64,000 nt of DNA from an uncultured Bordetella sp. (GTDB lineage Bacteria > Pseudomonadota > Gammaproteobacteria > Burkholderiales > Burkholderiaceae_A), in assembly GCA_964440375.1 (NCBI GenBank), contig CAYTRY010000005.1:13884-77883 (forward strand). The letters run 5' to 3'. Below the pieces are notes generated by a model. That model had not been told where the DNA came from. It was given only the letters and a program-made list of their open reading frames with translations, and did no database searches. Shown here in pieces: positions 49,144 through 60,408 of this stretch. The position numbers and the translations under genes were made by a program. Position 1 is the stretch's first letter. Every line of letters begins with the position of its first letter.

Positions 49144-50204
49144 CCGCAGCTGTTGCGCGCGGCGACTCTCAACAACCGTCTCCTGATGTGCAGGCCTTTG
49201 ACCATCGTCCCGTCTTGCTGCAAGAGGCGGTCGAGTCTCTGCATGTGATTCCACAAGGAAGTTATGTCGATGCCACCTACGGCCGTGGTGGCCACAGTGC
49301 ACTGATTCTTCAGCAGCTCGGCCCGTCTGGCCGATTAATCGCTTTCGATCGTGATCCCACTGCAGTGGCAGCAGGCAGAAAGATTCACGATCAGCGCTTT
49401 CAAATCATTCACGCACCCTTTAGCGAATTACCGCAGCGGCTTGCGGAGCAGGGCATTGATCAGGTGGATGGCGTGCTGGCCGATCTCGGCGTCTCATCTC
49501 CGCAGCTCGATGATCCCCAGCGGGGTTTTAGCTTTCGATTACAGGGCCCGCTCGATATGCGGATGGATCCAACCCGTGGTGAGCCCGTATCGGCTTGGAT
49601 TGCAAAGGCTTCGGTAGATGAACTTCAGAAAGTGATTAAAGACTATGGCGAAGAACGGTTTGCTGTTCAGATTGCAAACGCGATTGCGACTCGCTGCGCG
49701 TCAGCCGCTCGGGGAGAGGCTGAACCCCTGCAGAGGACCGAGGATCTGGCAGAACTTGTCGTCCAAACGCTTCGGCGGTGTCGTGCACGTCGTGAGCCAG
49801 GCCAGCATCCGGCGACACGAACATTTCAGGCTTTACGGATTCACATCAATCGCGAAATGGAAGAGCTCACGGCCCTGCTTGAGGCAGCCGTCCGCCTGCT
49901 ACGTGAGTCTGGGCGCCTTGCGATCATCAGCTTTCACTCGCTGGAAGACCGGCTCGTTAAGCAATTCTTTCGCGATGCCGCGCGCACGGCACCGCCTGCC
50001 CCAGACCGCGGCATAAGCCGCAGCCAGCGGGCACTGCTTTCTGGATTGCAGGATCGGCTGGGACGGCCTGCCACCGATTCCCGGCTTCGGGTGATTGGAC
50101 GGATTCGCCCACGCGAGGAGGAGATTGCCGCTAACCCACGGGCCCGGTCAGCAATGCTTCGCGTGGCGGAGCGCTGTGGCACAGCGCTGGAGCCTGCAAG
50201 ATGA
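49140..50204 (+). CDS. rsmH: 16S rRNA m4C1402 methyltransferase
   Basis: HRPVLL, DATYGRGGHS, DLGVSSPQLD, RGFSF, ISFHSLEDR, NPRARSA. Confidence 0.97.
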   Translation: MTAAVARGDSQQPSPDVQAFDHRPVLLQEAVESLHVIPQGSYVDATYGRGGHSALILQQLGPSGRLIAFDRDPTAVAAGRKIHDQRFQIIHAPFSELPQRLAEQGIDQVDGVLADLGVSSPQLDDPQRGFSFRLQGPLDMRMDPTRGEPVSAWIAKASVDELQKVIKDYGEERFAVQIANAIATRCASAARGEAEPLQRTEDLAELVVQTLRRCRARREPGQHPATRTFQALRIHINREMEELTALLEAAVRLLRESGRLAIISFHSLEDRLVKQFFRDAARTAPPAPDRGISRSQRALLSGLQDRLGRPATDSRLRVIGRIRPREEEIAANPRARSAMLRVAERCGTALEPAR

Positions 50205-50485
50205 CACGACGTCAGTGGTTTTTGGTGGGGCTGATTACGGCATCGTCGCTATCTCTAGTCAACGCCCGGTATCACGAGCGTCGGCTTTTCACGCAGATGG
50301 ATCGGACAGAGCGTGCCGGATTAAAACTGGACTCGGATATCGAGGTCCTTCAGGTGGAGCTCACGGCCTTGCGCAATCCAGGCCGTATCGATGCAGCCGC
50401 CCGGCGTGATCTAAAAATGATTCCTCTGCGGCCGACCGAGCCCATGTATTACCGGCCGAACAGTGGCGCGGGAGGCATGCGTTGA
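50201..50485 (+). CDS. ftsL: Cell division protein FtsL
   Basis: Short TM plus coiled coil, RIDAAARRDLKM; between rsmH and ftsI. Confidence 0.88.
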   Translation: MTRRQWFLVGLITASSLSLVNARYHERRLFTQMDRTERAGLKLDSDIEVLQVELTALRNPGRIDAAARRDLKMIPLRPTEPMYYRPNSGAGGMR

Positions 50486-52305
50486 ATAGCCATAGCAGCG
50501 CATTGCCCGGCCGTGTTCAATCCCGTGCGGCAGGCCGCTCGGCGGTGCCGGTGCTGACCTGGCGGGCAACGCAAGGCCGATCGCGTTTCGTATTGTTTTT
50601 ATTGATGGCCGGTTTTTGCATTGTCATTGTCCGTGCCTTTACGTTGCAGCTGGTCAATGCCGATCAGTGGCAGACCCGTGCCGAAAAACGCTTTGAGCGG
50701 CCGAGAGAAATCCCGGCCAACCGTGGCCGCGTGCTGGATCGGCATGGCGAGGTGATTGCCTCCAGTGTTCAGGAGGAGCAGCTCGGCATTGTGCCCACGC
50801 GATTCGTGGGCAATCTTGCGCCGACAGGCGATAAGAAAGTTGATGCGCAGCGGGCCGCAAAAAAGAAACTCGAAGACCAGAAGCTTGATGAGCTTGCTGC
50901 GATTTTGGAGATGAAGCCGTCTGAGGTCCGCACAAAGATTTATGGCGCAAAAAAATTCTTCTGGCTTGCCCGCGGATTAAATCTTGAACAGGCGGATCGA
51001 ATTCGCGGGCTTCGCCTCGAGGGTGTTGAGCTTGAAAATGACTTTCGTCGCTACTACCCCTATGGAGAGGCGTTCGCGCACATCGTGGGATTTACCAACG
51101 CCCATGAGCAGGGGGCGGAGGGCCTAGAGGCTACACATGATCAGGCGCTGCGTGGCACATCCGGCCAGCTGCGTGTTGTCATTGACCGACGCGGATCGGC
51201 AGTAGAGGGCAGAACAATCGCGGACGCGCTTCACGGAAAAGACCTGCAGCTCTCATTGGATGCCAGCATTCAAAGCATGGTGTACTCAACGCTGAAGTCG
51301 GCGGTCGCAGAGCATCGTGCAAAAGCTGCAGCAGCAGTAGTGATTGATGCGCAGACGGGTGAGGTCTTGGCCCTTGTGAATGAGCCCTCGTTTGATCCCA
51401 ATAACCGGACAAAGCTCAACCCCGATCGTGTCCGCAATCGGGCAGTCACCGATACATTTGAGCCAGGCTCAACGATGAAATCATTTTCGATTGCGGCGGC
51501 ATTGGAGCTGGGCCGCGTGGGCCCGAAAACCGAGATACAGACAGCCCCGGGCAAGATCACAATCGGCAATCGCACCATCGGTGATTCGCATCCTCATGGC
51601 ACGCTGACCGTTGAGGAGGTCCTTGCGAAATCCAGTAACGTCGGCACGGTTCGAATTACGCAGCGGCTGCAGGCCAAGGAGCTCTACGATCTCTATGTTG
51701 CCGCAGGCTTTGGCCGGGTGCCGGATGTTGGCCTAAATGGTGCGACTGCGGGACGGCTACGTCAGCCTGAGAAATGGGTTCCGATTGATCAGGCCACGAT
51801 TTCCTATGGACATGGTGTGTCGGTATCGCTGCTGCAGCTTGCGCGGGCCTACACTGTATTTGCCCGCGATGGAGATCTGGTGCCGATCTCCTTTGTTCCG
51901 CAGCCCGGACCCGTCGCCGGTGTGCCGGTGATTTCACCAGAGACCGCCCGTGCTGTTCGCAAGATGCTCGAGATGGCGACCACCCAAGGCACCGCACCCA
52001 AGGCCCAGATCGCAGGCTTTCGCGTGGCTGGAAAAACCGGCACAGCCCATAAGCCTGAGCGTGGGGGTTACGCAAAAAATAAATATGTTGCCTCGTTTGT
52101 GGGATTTGCACCCGCTGATCAGCCACGATTTGTGATTGCGGTCATGGTCGATGAGCCCAGCGCAGGCAAGCATTATGGTGGTGAGGTCGCTGCACCAATT
52201 TTTTCGCAGATTGCCAATGATGCCCTGCGCCGGTTGCAGATGTCACCGAATCCAGCGCTGCGAATCCTTCCTGCAGTTGCCCTCATCGGTGAGGGAACCG
52301 AATAA
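50482..52305 (+). CDS. ftsI: Peptidoglycan D,D-transpeptidase PBP3
   Basis: RGRVLDR, RRYYP, FEPGSTMK, SSN, KTGTAHK. Confidence 0.96.
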   Translation: MNSHSSALPGRVQSRAAGRSAVPVLTWRATQGRSRFVLFLLMAGFCIVIVRAFTLQLVNADQWQTRAEKRFERPREIPANRGRVLDRHGEVIASSVQEEQLGIVPTRFVGNLAPTGDKKVDAQRAAKKKLEDQKLDELAAILEMKPSEVRTKIYGAKKFFWLARGLNLEQADRIRGLRLEGVELENDFRRYYPYGEAFAHIVGFTNAHEQGAEGLEATHDQALRGTSGQLRVVIDRRGSAVEGRTIADALHGKDLQLSLDASIQSMVYSTLKSAVAEHRAKAAAAVVIDAQTGEVLALVNEPSFDPNNRTKLNPDRVRNRAVTDTFEPGSTMKSFSIAAALELGRVGPKTEIQTAPGKITIGNRTIGDSHPHGTLTVEEVLAKSSNVGTVRITQRLQAKELYDLYVAAGFGRVPDVGLNGATAGRLRQPEKWVPIDQATISYGHGVSVSLLQLARAYTVFARDGDLVPISFVPQPGPVAGVPVISPETARAVRKMLEMATTQGTAPKAQIAGFRVAGKTGTAHKPERGGYAKNKYVASFVGFAPADQPRFVIAVMVDEPSAGKHYGGEVAAPIFSQIANDALRRLQMSPNPALRILPAVALIGEGTE

Positions 52306-53921
52306 TGACAGCGGTATTTCCGCCTCACCCAATGGCCCTGCGTGATGCGCACTCGGATCAGGCCGCCCAATGGCTGCGGCAGCGGCTTGGGCGGCAGGCC
52401 AATCTCTGCGCGGACAGCCGAAGGATTGCGCCCGGTGATGGATTTTTGGCCAGAGGCGGCAAGCGGTTTTCTGCAGAGGCGCATATTGCGGCCGCAATCG
52501 CGGCCGGAGCAGCCGCGATATTGATCGATACTGCAGATGCTGCAGCACTAGAAGACCGGCCAGGCCAGGTCCCGATGCTCGGTGTGCCGCAGCTGGGCCA
52601 CCGGATGGGCATGGTGGCCTCAGCGTTTTACGGCCGGCCGAGTATGACCATGCAGGTCATTGCTGTGACGGGCACCAATGGCAAGTCAACCGTGACCGCA
52701 GCATTGGGCCATGCCCTCGCGGAGTGCGGTATTGCCTGTGCGGTGATCGGCACGCTTGGTGTCGGCGTGTTTCCCGCACACTGCGGCCCGTCATTCGAAC
52801 CGAACTGGGAGCCACAGCTGACTGCTGGACTGACCACGCCGGATGCGGTGGACTTGCAGCGGCTGCTGGCAGATCTTCGCTCGCGACAGATCATGGTCGT
52901 TGCGCTAGAGGCCTCCTCATTTGGCCTGCAGCAGGGAAGGCTCCAAGGCTGTGCAATCAAGGCGGCTGCATTTACTAATCTGAGCCATGACCATCTTGAT
53001 GTACACGGCACGATGGAGCGTTATGCACAGGCCAAGGCCTTGCTGTTTGCATCCCCTTCGCTGGGCACCATGATCGTGAACACAGATGACGCCTATGGAC
53101 ACCTGATGTGGGGCGCCACCGAACATCATATTGAGCGGATTGCGATCGGAGCACACTGGCCCGAGAACGCCCAGGGCGCAATGCGCAGCGCAGATCTGCA
53201 GCCGACTGATGCGGGCTGGCAATTCACAGTCATTGCGATGGGTGAGGCCGCTGATCTCTCGGGGCCGGTAACGCTGCCGGTTTTTGGCCGCCATAACGTT
53301 GATAACGCACTGATCGTCGCCGGATGCATGGTGGCGATGGGCATTGATGCTGAGCGCATTCGCGCCTGCCTGGCCCGTTTCCATCTTCCTTGTGGCCGTC
53401 TTCAGATGATCAAGCGCAGTAATCGGCCCTGGATCTGCATTGATTACGCCCACTCGCCAGATGCATTGGCCCGTGTGCTGGAGGCCCTGCGGCCTGTGGC
53501 CCAGGCGCGCCTGGGCCAGCTGATTTGTATTTTTGGCTGTGGTGGCAATCGTGATGCTGAAAAGCGGCCCGCGATGGGAGCGATTTCAGCACAGCTTGCG
53601 GATCGGGTGATGCTGACGTCTGACAATCCACGCGATGAGACGGCGCAGAGCATCATGGCAGCGATTCGCTCAGGGGTGCCTGCCACGCTCGTGGACAAGA
53701 TTCAGATGCAGCCAGACCGTGGGGCCGCCATCGCCTCGGCCGTCGCAATGGCTGGGGCCCACGATGTTGTGCTCATTGCGGGAAAGGGTCATGAGCGTTA
53801 TCAGATCATCGGTGAATCCATGCTGCCGTTTAGTGATGAGGCCCATGCCCAGCAGGCTTTAGAGGCATGGGTGGGGCCAACGTCTGCGTTGCGTGCAGGA
53901 GAGATACATGCCGCAACTTAA
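52305..53921 (+). CDS. murE: UDP-MurNAc-tripeptide synthetase (meso-DAP adding)
   Basis: GTNGKST, LTTPD, FTNLSHDHLD, DYAHSPD, DNPR, AGKGHE. Confidence 0.95.
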   Translation: MTAVFPPHPMALRDAHSDQAAQWLRQRLGRQANLCADSRRIAPGDGFLARGGKRFSAEAHIAAAIAAGAAAILIDTADAAALEDRPGQVPMLGVPQLGHRMGMVASAFYGRPSMTMQVIAVTGTNGKSTVTAALGHALAECGIACAVIGTLGVGVFPAHCGPSFEPNWEPQLTAGLTTPDAVDLQRLLADLRSRQIMVVALEASSFGLQQGRLQGCAIKAAAFTNLSHDHLDVHGTMERYAQAKALLFASPSLGTMIVNTDDAYGHLMWGATEHHIERIAIGAHWPENAQGAMRSADLQPTDAGWQFTVIAMGEAADLSGPVTLPVFGRHNVDNALIVAGCMVAMGIDAERIRACLARFHLPCGRLQMIKRSNRPWICIDYAHSPDALARVLEALRPVAQARLGQLICIFGCGGNRDAEKRPAMGAISAQLADRVMLTSDNPRDETAQSIMAAIRSGVPATLVDKIQMQPDRGAAIASAVAMAGAHDVVLIAGKGHERYQIIGESMLPFSDEAHAQQALEAWVGPTSALRAGEIHAAT

Positions 53922-55374
53922 AGAATTCATCACCCACGTGACAGGCGCTCAGCTGGTCATGCCCGATGGACTGGAAAATAATCAGGCCAGTGTTTTGCAA
54001 AAAGAATTCGATGGCATCAGCACGGATACGCGGACGCTGTCGCCCGGCGCAATCTTTATTGGCTTAAGCGGCCCACGATTTGACGGCGCCGCTTTTCTTC
54101 AGGCCGCGCAAGACCGCGGGGCATGTGCAGCAGTGTTATCGGCGACAGCCGCCCATCGATCGGGAGTCCGCCTGCCCCTGATTCTGGTACCGGATGCGCT
54201 CAGCGCCTTACAGCAGTGGGCCCGCCATTGGCGCAGCACGTGGGCCGGCTGCGCGATTGCGGTGACGGGCAGCAATGGAAAGACCACGGTCAAGCAGATG
54301 GTTCAGTCCATCGCAGAGGCTGATCTTGGGCCGCCGCAGGTCTGGGCAACTCCGGGCAATTTGAATAATCACATCGGGGTGCCGCACTCGGTGTTGGGCC
54401 TGCGGTCTGTCCACCAGATGGCAGTGTTTGAGCTTGGCATGAATCATCCCAATGAGATCGCAGCACTTGCAGAGATCGCGCAGCCCCGTGTTGCACTTGT
54501 GAATAATGCCCAGCGTGAGCATCAAGAGTTTATGAAGTCGGTGCAGGCAGTTGCAATCGAAAATGGCGCGGTCTTTGGGGCCCTGCCGCCCGAGGGCATC
54601 GCTATTTATCCGCGGGATCCTTTGCATGAAGTCATTTGGCAAAAGCAGAGTCAGCATCTGAAGCATCCCGCGATTCGTTTTGGAATGCGTGAGATGGCTG
54701 CGGCAACGCCGGCGGTAGCACATGAGGTCCTGGGCCAGTGGATCACCACCGAATCTGGTGGGCCACTTCTTCAAATTGAATTCCCAGATCAGCAGTCCAT
54801 CATCGTTCAGCCCCGCGGCCTGGGCCTGCACTTTGCGCTCAATATGATTGCCGCGGCTGCCTGTGCTTTTGCTGCAGGTCTTAGCCTGAAGGCCATCGAG
54901 CAGGCGCTCAATACATTTGAGCCGGTGGCGGGCCGTGGCCGTGCGATCGCAATCGCTGCAGGCGGTACCTTGGTAGACGACACGTATAACGCAAATCCCG
55001 ATTCGGTCCGAGCAGCGATTGATGCCTTGGCCCGCATGGGCGTTCCGCGTGCCCTGGTGCTGGGCGACATGGGCGAGGTTGGTGATCAAGGGCCGCAGTT
55101 TCATCGCGAGGTGCTTGACTACGCCGCCCAGCGTCAGCTGGATGCCATCTGGCTGCATGGCGAGGCCATGGCGCTGGCCCATCGTCAGACCGGAGTCGGC
55201 CAGTTTTTTGATGAGGTCTCTGCGCTGATCGCGTCAGTGTCGCACTGGATCAGCGTGCAGCAGCAGGCACAGCATCGGCCATCGCTGTGGATTAAGGGTT
55301 CGCGCTTTATGCGCATGGAGCGGGTCGTGCAGGCGATTGCGCGGCAGCAGGAGGGCCAGGCCGCATGCTGCTAA
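53908..55374 (+). CDS. murF: UDP-MurNAc-pentapeptide synthetase
   Basis: [44 protein letters not shown]. Confidence 0.96.
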   Translation: MPQLKEFITHVTGAQLVMPDGLENNQASVLQKEFDGISTDTRTLSPGAIFIGLSGPRFDGAAFLQAAQDRGACAAVLSATAAHRSGVRLPLILVPDALSALQQWARHWRSTWAGCAIAVTGSNGKTTVKQMVQSIAEADLGPPQVWATPGNLNNHIGVPHSVLGLRSVHQMAVFELGMNHPNEIAALAEIAQPRVALVNNAQREHQEFMKSVQAVAIENGAVFGALPPEGIAIYPRDPLHEVIWQKQSQHLKHPAIRFGMREMAAATPAVAHEVLGQWITTESGGPLLQIEFPDQQSIIVQPRGLGLHFALNMIAAAACAFAAGLSLKAIEQALNTFEPVAGRGRAIAIAAGGTLVDDTYNANPDSVRAAIDALARMGVPRALVLGDMGEVGDQGPQFHREVLDYAAQRQLDAIWLHGEAMALAHRQTGVGQFFDEVSALIASVSHWISVQQQAQHRPSLWIKGSRFMRMERVVQAIARQQEGQAACC

Positions 55375-56534
55375 TTCTCGCGGATTGGCTCGAACAGTAC
55401 ATCCGGGCGTTTAACGTCCTGAACTACATCACGCTGCGAGCAGTGCTGGCAGCCCTGACGGCGCTGGGCATTGGTCTGGTGCTGGGGCCTTTTGTGATTC
55501 GTCGGCTGACCGAGATGAAGGTGGGCCAGGCCGTGCGCGATGACGGCCCTCAGACCCACCTCTCAAAAAGCGGTACGCCCACGATGGGTGGCGCACTGAT
55601 TCTGTTGGCCATTGGTGTGACGACGCTGCTGTGGGCAGATCTCAGTAACCGTTTTGTGTGGGCGGTCCTGATTGTGACGCTGGGCTTCGGTGCAATTGGA
55701 TGGGTCGATGACTATCGCAAGGTCATTCATCAAGACCCGGTTGGCCTGCCTGCACGATGGAAGTATCTCTGGCAGTCCGTGATCGGAATCATGGCCGCTG
55801 TCTATTTGGCCTTCTCTGTGCCGGCCCAAAGCAATGCCCAGGCCTGGGATTTGTTTACGCAGTGGATGGCCAATGGATTTTCGATTGACTTGCCCCAGCG
55901 GGCAGACTTGATTGTTCCTTTTTTCAAGGAGGTCGCCTATCCGCTGGGCGTTTTCGGCTTCATGGTCTTGAGCTATTTTGTGATTGTCGGCTCAAGCAAT
56001 GCGGTCAATCTCACTGACGGATTAGATGGCCTGGCCATCATGCCGACGGTCTTGGTTGCGGGCGCACTGGGCGTATTTGCATATGCCTCCGGCAATGCGG
56101 TTTTCGCAAAGTATTTATTAATTCCCTATATCTCAGGCGCGGGCGAGCTCACCGTGTTCTGCGCAGCCTTGGTGGGCGCAGGCCTGGCCTTCCTTTGGTT
56201 TAACGCCTATCCCGCTCAGGTCTTTATGGGAGATGTCGGGGCGCTGGCACTCGGCGGTGCGCTTGGCACTGTGGCGGTTGTGGTTCGACAGGAAATCGTG
56301 TTGTTCATCATGGGCGGGGTATTTGTGATGAACACCCTATCGGTGATGTTGCAGGTGGGCTATTTCAAATACACGAAGCGGCGTTTTGGTGAAGGCCGAC
56401 GCATTCTTCGAATGGCGCCTTTGCATCATCACTTTGAAGTTGGTGGCTGGAAAGAAACTCAGGTCGTGGTTCGCTTCTGGATCATCACCATGATTCTCGT
56501 GCTGGCTGGGCTATCAACGCTCAAGCTGCGTTAA
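55365..56534 (+). CDS. mraY: Phospho-N-acetylmuramoyl-pentapeptide transferase
   Basis: [42 protein letters not shown]. Confidence 0.98.
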   Translation: MLLILADWLEQYIRAFNVLNYITLRAVLAALTALGIGLVLGPFVIRRLTEMKVGQAVRDDGPQTHLSKSGTPTMGGALILLAIGVTTLLWADLSNRFVWAVLIVTLGFGAIGWVDDYRKVIHQDPVGLPARWKYLWQSVIGIMAAVYLAFSVPAQSNAQAWDLFTQWMANGFSIDLPQRADLIVPFFKEVAYPLGVFGFMVLSYFVIVGSSNAVNLTDGLDGLAIMPTVLVAGALGVFAYASGNAVFAKYLLIPYISGAGELTVFCAALVGAGLAFLWFNAYPAQVFMGDVGALALGGALGTVAVVVRQEIVLFIMGGVFVMNTLSVMLQVGYFKYTKRRFGEGRRILRMAPLHHHFEVGGWKETQVVVRFWIITMILVLAGLSTLKLR

Positions 56535-56555
56535 CTCAATTGATCTAAAGGATTT

Positions 56556-58145
56556 ATGGGAATTTCAAAGACCGTCAGCGCAGCATCTCCTCTCGAACGC
56601 GTCCCCGCCATTCCGATGGCCTTTGATTGGCCGTCCTGCCATGTCATGGTGCTGGGCTGTGGCGAATCGGGCCTGGCCTGTATTCGTTGGCTGCTGCGTC
56701 AAAACGCACGGATCTCGGTCTTGGAGTCGCGGGCCGCACCGCCCGGCCTGGAGCGTCTGCAAGCCCTCGATGGTCAGCAGCAGATCGCGCTGCATCTCGG
56801 CCTGGCCTCGCCATTTGATCCGAGCTGGTGTGAAGGTGTCGATCTGATCATCCCCAGCCCGGGCTTATCGCCCCATCCTGAGCATGCAGGCCCGGCCCAT
56901 GCGCTGCTTGCAGCAGCGCGCGCGCGCGGCATCAGAGTCGTAGGTGAGCTCGATTTATTCGAGTGGGCTATCCATCATGCTGCCCATGCCAGCAGCCAGC
57001 GGGATGCAGCCCCCGATCTCGCGCTGCCGCTTGAGCTGCCGAAAATTCTTGCGATTACGGGCACGAACGGAAAAACCACGACAACGCAGATGGCAGCCGC
57101 CCTGCTGCGACGGGCTGGCTTTGATGCTCAGGAGGCCGGCAACATCAGCCCATCGCTTCTCGATGCAGTCATAGCCCGTGAAGATGCGAGCCGATTTCCT
57201 GAGGTCTGGGTCTTGGAGCTGTCGAGCTTTCAGCTGGCGTATGCCCAGCATTTCCATCCGACGGCGGCAGTCTGTCTGAATATTTCGGAAGACCATCTTG
57301 ATTGGCATCGGGACTTCGAAGATTACGTCGCTGCAAAGGGAAGGGTCTACGGCATCGGAATCGATCCGGCCCGCTCGGATGTACTCTGCATCGGCTACCG
57401 ACAGGATGCGCAGGTCATGGCACTGATGGCGCCGCATGTCCACACCTGCACGTTCGGCACTGAGCCGCCCAATCGCCCAGGCGATTTTGGTCTGCAGGAA
57501 GAGGGCATCTCGTGGATGACGATGGCCGATATCCATGACGAGGCACGGCGGCATCGTCTGATGCCCGCCGATGCCTTGCGTGTACGTGGCCGGCACAATG
57601 CAATGAATGCATTGGCCGCCCTCGCACTTTGCCGCGCGGTCACCCCCGCCTTGGCCCCGCTGCTGCACGCGCTTCGGGAGTTTCGTGGCGGTGCACATCG
57701 CATGCAGTGGATTGCGCATCTGCAGGGCCTTGAATTTATCGATGACAGCAAAGGGACCAATGTTGGCGCAACCGCTGCCGCATTAAACGGGTTGACGCTG
57801 CCGGTAATTCTGATCGCAGGTGGTGATGGAAAAGGCCAGGATTTTTCGCCGCTGCTTGATGCAATGCGTGGCTCGACGAAGGCGGTTGTCACGATCGGCA
57901 GAGATGGCCCTGCGATTGGACAGATTGCACAGCAGGCGGGCCTCGCGACCGTCGCTGCTCAGGATATGGGCCAGGCAGTGCAACAGGCCGTGGCCCTGGC
58001 CCAACAACTTGGGCTTGGGCATGCGGCGGTGCTGCTATCGCCGGCCTGCGCCAGTTTCGATATGTATGCCAATTATGTGGAGCGGGCAAATCATTTTTGT
58101 GAAGCGGTTCAGGAGATGGCCGCTGCGCAGGGAGTCTCATGCTAA
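56556..58145 (+). CDS. murD: UDP-MurNAc-L-Ala--D-glutamate ligase
   Basis: ITGTNGKTTT, LELSSFQL, DHLDWH, DDSKGTNVGA, SPACASFD. Confidence 0.96.
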   Translation: MGISKTVSAASPLERVPAIPMAFDWPSCHVMVLGCGESGLACIRWLLRQNARISVLESRAAPPGLERLQALDGQQQIALHLGLASPFDPSWCEGVDLIIPSPGLSPHPEHAGPAHALLAAARARGIRVVGELDLFEWAIHHAAHASSQRDAAPDLALPLELPKILAITGTNGKTTTTQMAAALLRRAGFDAQEAGNISPSLLDAVIAREDASRFPEVWVLELSSFQLAYAQHFHPTAAVCLNISEDHLDWHRDFEDYVAAKGRVYGIGIDPARSDVLCIGYRQDAQVMALMAPHVHTCTFGTEPPNRPGDFGLQEEGISWMTMADIHDEARRHRLMPADALRVRGRHNAMNALAALALCRAVTPALAPLLHALREFRGGAHRMQWIAHLQGLEFIDDSKGTNVGATAAALNGLTLPVILIAGGDGKGQDFSPLLDAMRGSTKAVVTIGRDGPAIGQIAQQAGLATVAAQDMGQAVQQAVALAQQLGLGHAAVLLSPACASFDMYANYVERANHFCEAVQEMAAAQGVSC

Positions 58146-59311
58146 GTCAGCAGCCGATGGCCTCTACGTCGTGGATCGGAGCAGATCGAATTCTGGTCTC
58201 CGTCTTCGTCGGCCTGCTGCTGGTCGGACTGGTCATGGTGTATTCAGCCAACCTGCCGCTGCCCAGCAATAACGCAGAGTCAGTATTTTGGCGGAGTATG
58301 CGGGGCCATCCGATTCATCTGCTGATCGGACTGGCGGCGCTGTTGATCATGACGCGTGTTCCCAGCACGATGCTTCAGGCCCTCTCAACGCCGTTGTTTT
58401 TTCTCGGCATTGCGCTGCTGCTTATCGTGGCAGCGATGAAGATTGTGCTGGGCCCAGCGATTCTGAAAGATGGTGCGGTTCGGGCAATTCCGCTGGGCAT
58501 TTTTACCCTTCAGCCCGCCGAGCTGATGAAGTTTTTCTCGCTCTTATTTGCGGCCGCTTATGTTGTCCGTCGACAGGATCGCATGCATACCTTTGTGCGC
58601 GGCCTGCTGCCAATTGGTTTTTTAATGTCCTTGGTCATGCTGCTCTTGCTGTATCAGCCCGACCTGGGATCGACCATGGTGATCACGCTGATTACCGCGG
58701 CAATCCTATTTCTTGGCGGCATGAGCCTGAGAATTTTTGTGCCCCTGCTGCTGGCCTTGGGGGCCGTCTTTGTGGTGATGGTCTGGCTGACGCCCTGGCG
58801 CCTGATGCGGCTGATTTCTTATCTTTCGCCCTGCGATCCTGATCAGGTCCAGAGCACTGGTTTTCAACTCTGCGGCGCATTGATTGCTTTTGGGCGCGGC
58901 GGATTTTTTGGTTCAGGCCTTGGCACAGGCATTGCGAAAATGGGCCATCTGCCGCTGCCGCATACCGACTTTATCTTCGCCATGATGGGCGAGGAAATCG
59001 GCTTTGTGGGTGTCACGCTGGTGATACTGGCGTTTGCGTTTATCGTCCGCCGGGCCATCGAAATCGGCCGCACTGCCATGTCACAAGAGCGGCTGTTTGC
59101 CGGCCTGGTTGCCCAGGGCATCGGTGTCTGGCTCGGACTGCAGACGCTGATTCATGTCGGCGTCAATACCGGATTGCTGCCCACCAAAGGCCTGACGCTG
59201 CCGTTTATCAGTCATGGTGGAAGCTCCATGCTTGCCGTCTGCATCGCAATGGGCACGCTGCTGCGTATTGATGCAGAGAATCGGCAGCATGTTCGAGGGG
59301 CAAAAGCATGA
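58139..59311 (+). CDS. ftsW: SEDS peptidoglycan polymerase FtsW
   Basis: MVYSA, QPAELMK, QPDLG, LPLPHTDFIF, PTKGLTLPFISHGGSS. Confidence 0.95.
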   Translation: MLSQQPMASTSWIGADRILVSVFVGLLLVGLVMVYSANLPLPSNNAESVFWRSMRGHPIHLLIGLAALLIMTRVPSTMLQALSTPLFFLGIALLLIVAAMKIVLGPAILKDGAVRAIPLGIFTLQPAELMKFFSLLFAAAYVVRRQDRMHTFVRGLLPIGFLMSLVMLLLLYQPDLGSTMVITLITAAILFLGGMSLRIFVPLLLALGAVFVVMVWLTPWRLMRLISYLSPCDPDQVQSTGFQLCGALIAFGRGGFFGSGLGTGIAKMGHLPLPHTDFIFAMMGEEIGFVGVTLVILAFAFIVRRAIEIGRTAMSQERLFAGLVAQGIGVWLGLQTLIHVGVNTGLLPTKGLTLPFISHGGSSMLAVCIAMGTLLRIDAENRQHVRGAKA

Positions 59312-60408
59312 CGGTGCCGCGCGTTCTCATTGCGGCCGGCGGCACTGGCGGCCATGTCTTTCCTGCGCTTGCCGTTGCGCGGCTCATGATGCAGCGGGGC
59401 TGGCATGCCGAGTGGGTTGGGTCCGACCGCGGACTTGAGGCTCGGATCATCCCTGGGGCGGGCATTGGCTTACATATTCTGCGCTTTAGCGGACTGCGCG
59501 GCAGGGGGGCCATGGCCTGGCTGAGTCTGCCGCTGCGGCTTTTTCGTGCGGTCCACGATGCCTTTGCAATTTTTTCTCGGGCGCGGCCCGAGGTGGTAGT
59601 CGCCTTTGGCGGCTATGTGACATTTCCGATCGGTATGGTGGCCTCGATGCGGCGCATCCCGCTGTGCGTGCATGAGCAAAACGCGGTCATGGGCACGGCC
59701 AATCGCTGGCTTGCCCGTCTCGCCTCTCGCGTGATGGTGAGCTTTCCAGGCACCCGTTATGCGCCGGCCCGCGCCCTTCTGGTGGGCAATCCCGTGCGCG
59801 AAGAGATTCATCAGCTCGCTGATCCTGGATCGCGTTATCGAGAACGCCATGGCCCGCTTCAGCTCTTGGTGATCGGCGGCAGCCTCGGCGCATCGGCCTT
59901 TAATCGCCAGCTGCCAGCATATTTTGCGCAGGTGATCGCTGCCGGCCAGCCGCTTTTGATTCGTCATCAGACCGGGCCGGCCGATCGCGACATGGTGATG
60001 GCTGAGTACCGAAGGCTGGGCATTGCGGCCCAGTGCAGCGCATTTATTGAGAATATGCAGGCGGCCTACGGTGAGTCAGATCTGGTGATTTGCCGCGCCG
60101 GTGCATCAACGGTGACGGAGGTCGCGGCTGCAGGTGTTGCTGCCCTGTTCGTGCCCCTGCCCCACGCCATTGATGATCATCAGTCGGCCAATGCCCGCGT
60201 ACTCGTGGAGCAGCAGGCTGCATGGATGATGCCCCAGGACCAGCTGGCATCCGCTGAGATGGTGTCTTGGCTTGCGGCCTGCACTCGGCAGACGCTACTT
60301 GAACGGGCGGTGCGGGCCCGGTCATTGAGCCTGAAGGATGCGGCCCATCAGGCCCTGCAGATTGTGACATCCGTTGCGCCATCGTCACTCATGGAGCGCA
60401 GCCGATGA
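59308..60408 (+). CDS. murG: Lipid II GlcNAc transferase
   Basis: [37 protein letters not shown]. Confidence 0.97.
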   Translation: MTVPRVLIAAGGTGGHVFPALAVARLMMQRGWHAEWVGSDRGLEARIIPGAGIGLHILRFSGLRGRGAMAWLSLPLRLFRAVHDAFAIFSRARPEVVVAFGGYVTFPIGMVASMRRIPLCVHEQNAVMGTANRWLARLASRVMVSFPGTRYAPARALLVGNPVREEIHQLADPGSRYRERHGPLQLLVIGGSLGASAFNRQLPAYFAQVIAAGQPLLIRHQTGPADRDMVMAEYRRLGIAAQCSAFIENMQAAYGESDLVICRAGASTVTEVAAAGVAALFVPLPHAIDDHQSANARVLVEQQAAWMMPQDQLASAEMVSWLAACTRQTLLERAVRARSLSLKDAAHQALQIVTSVAPSSLMERSR

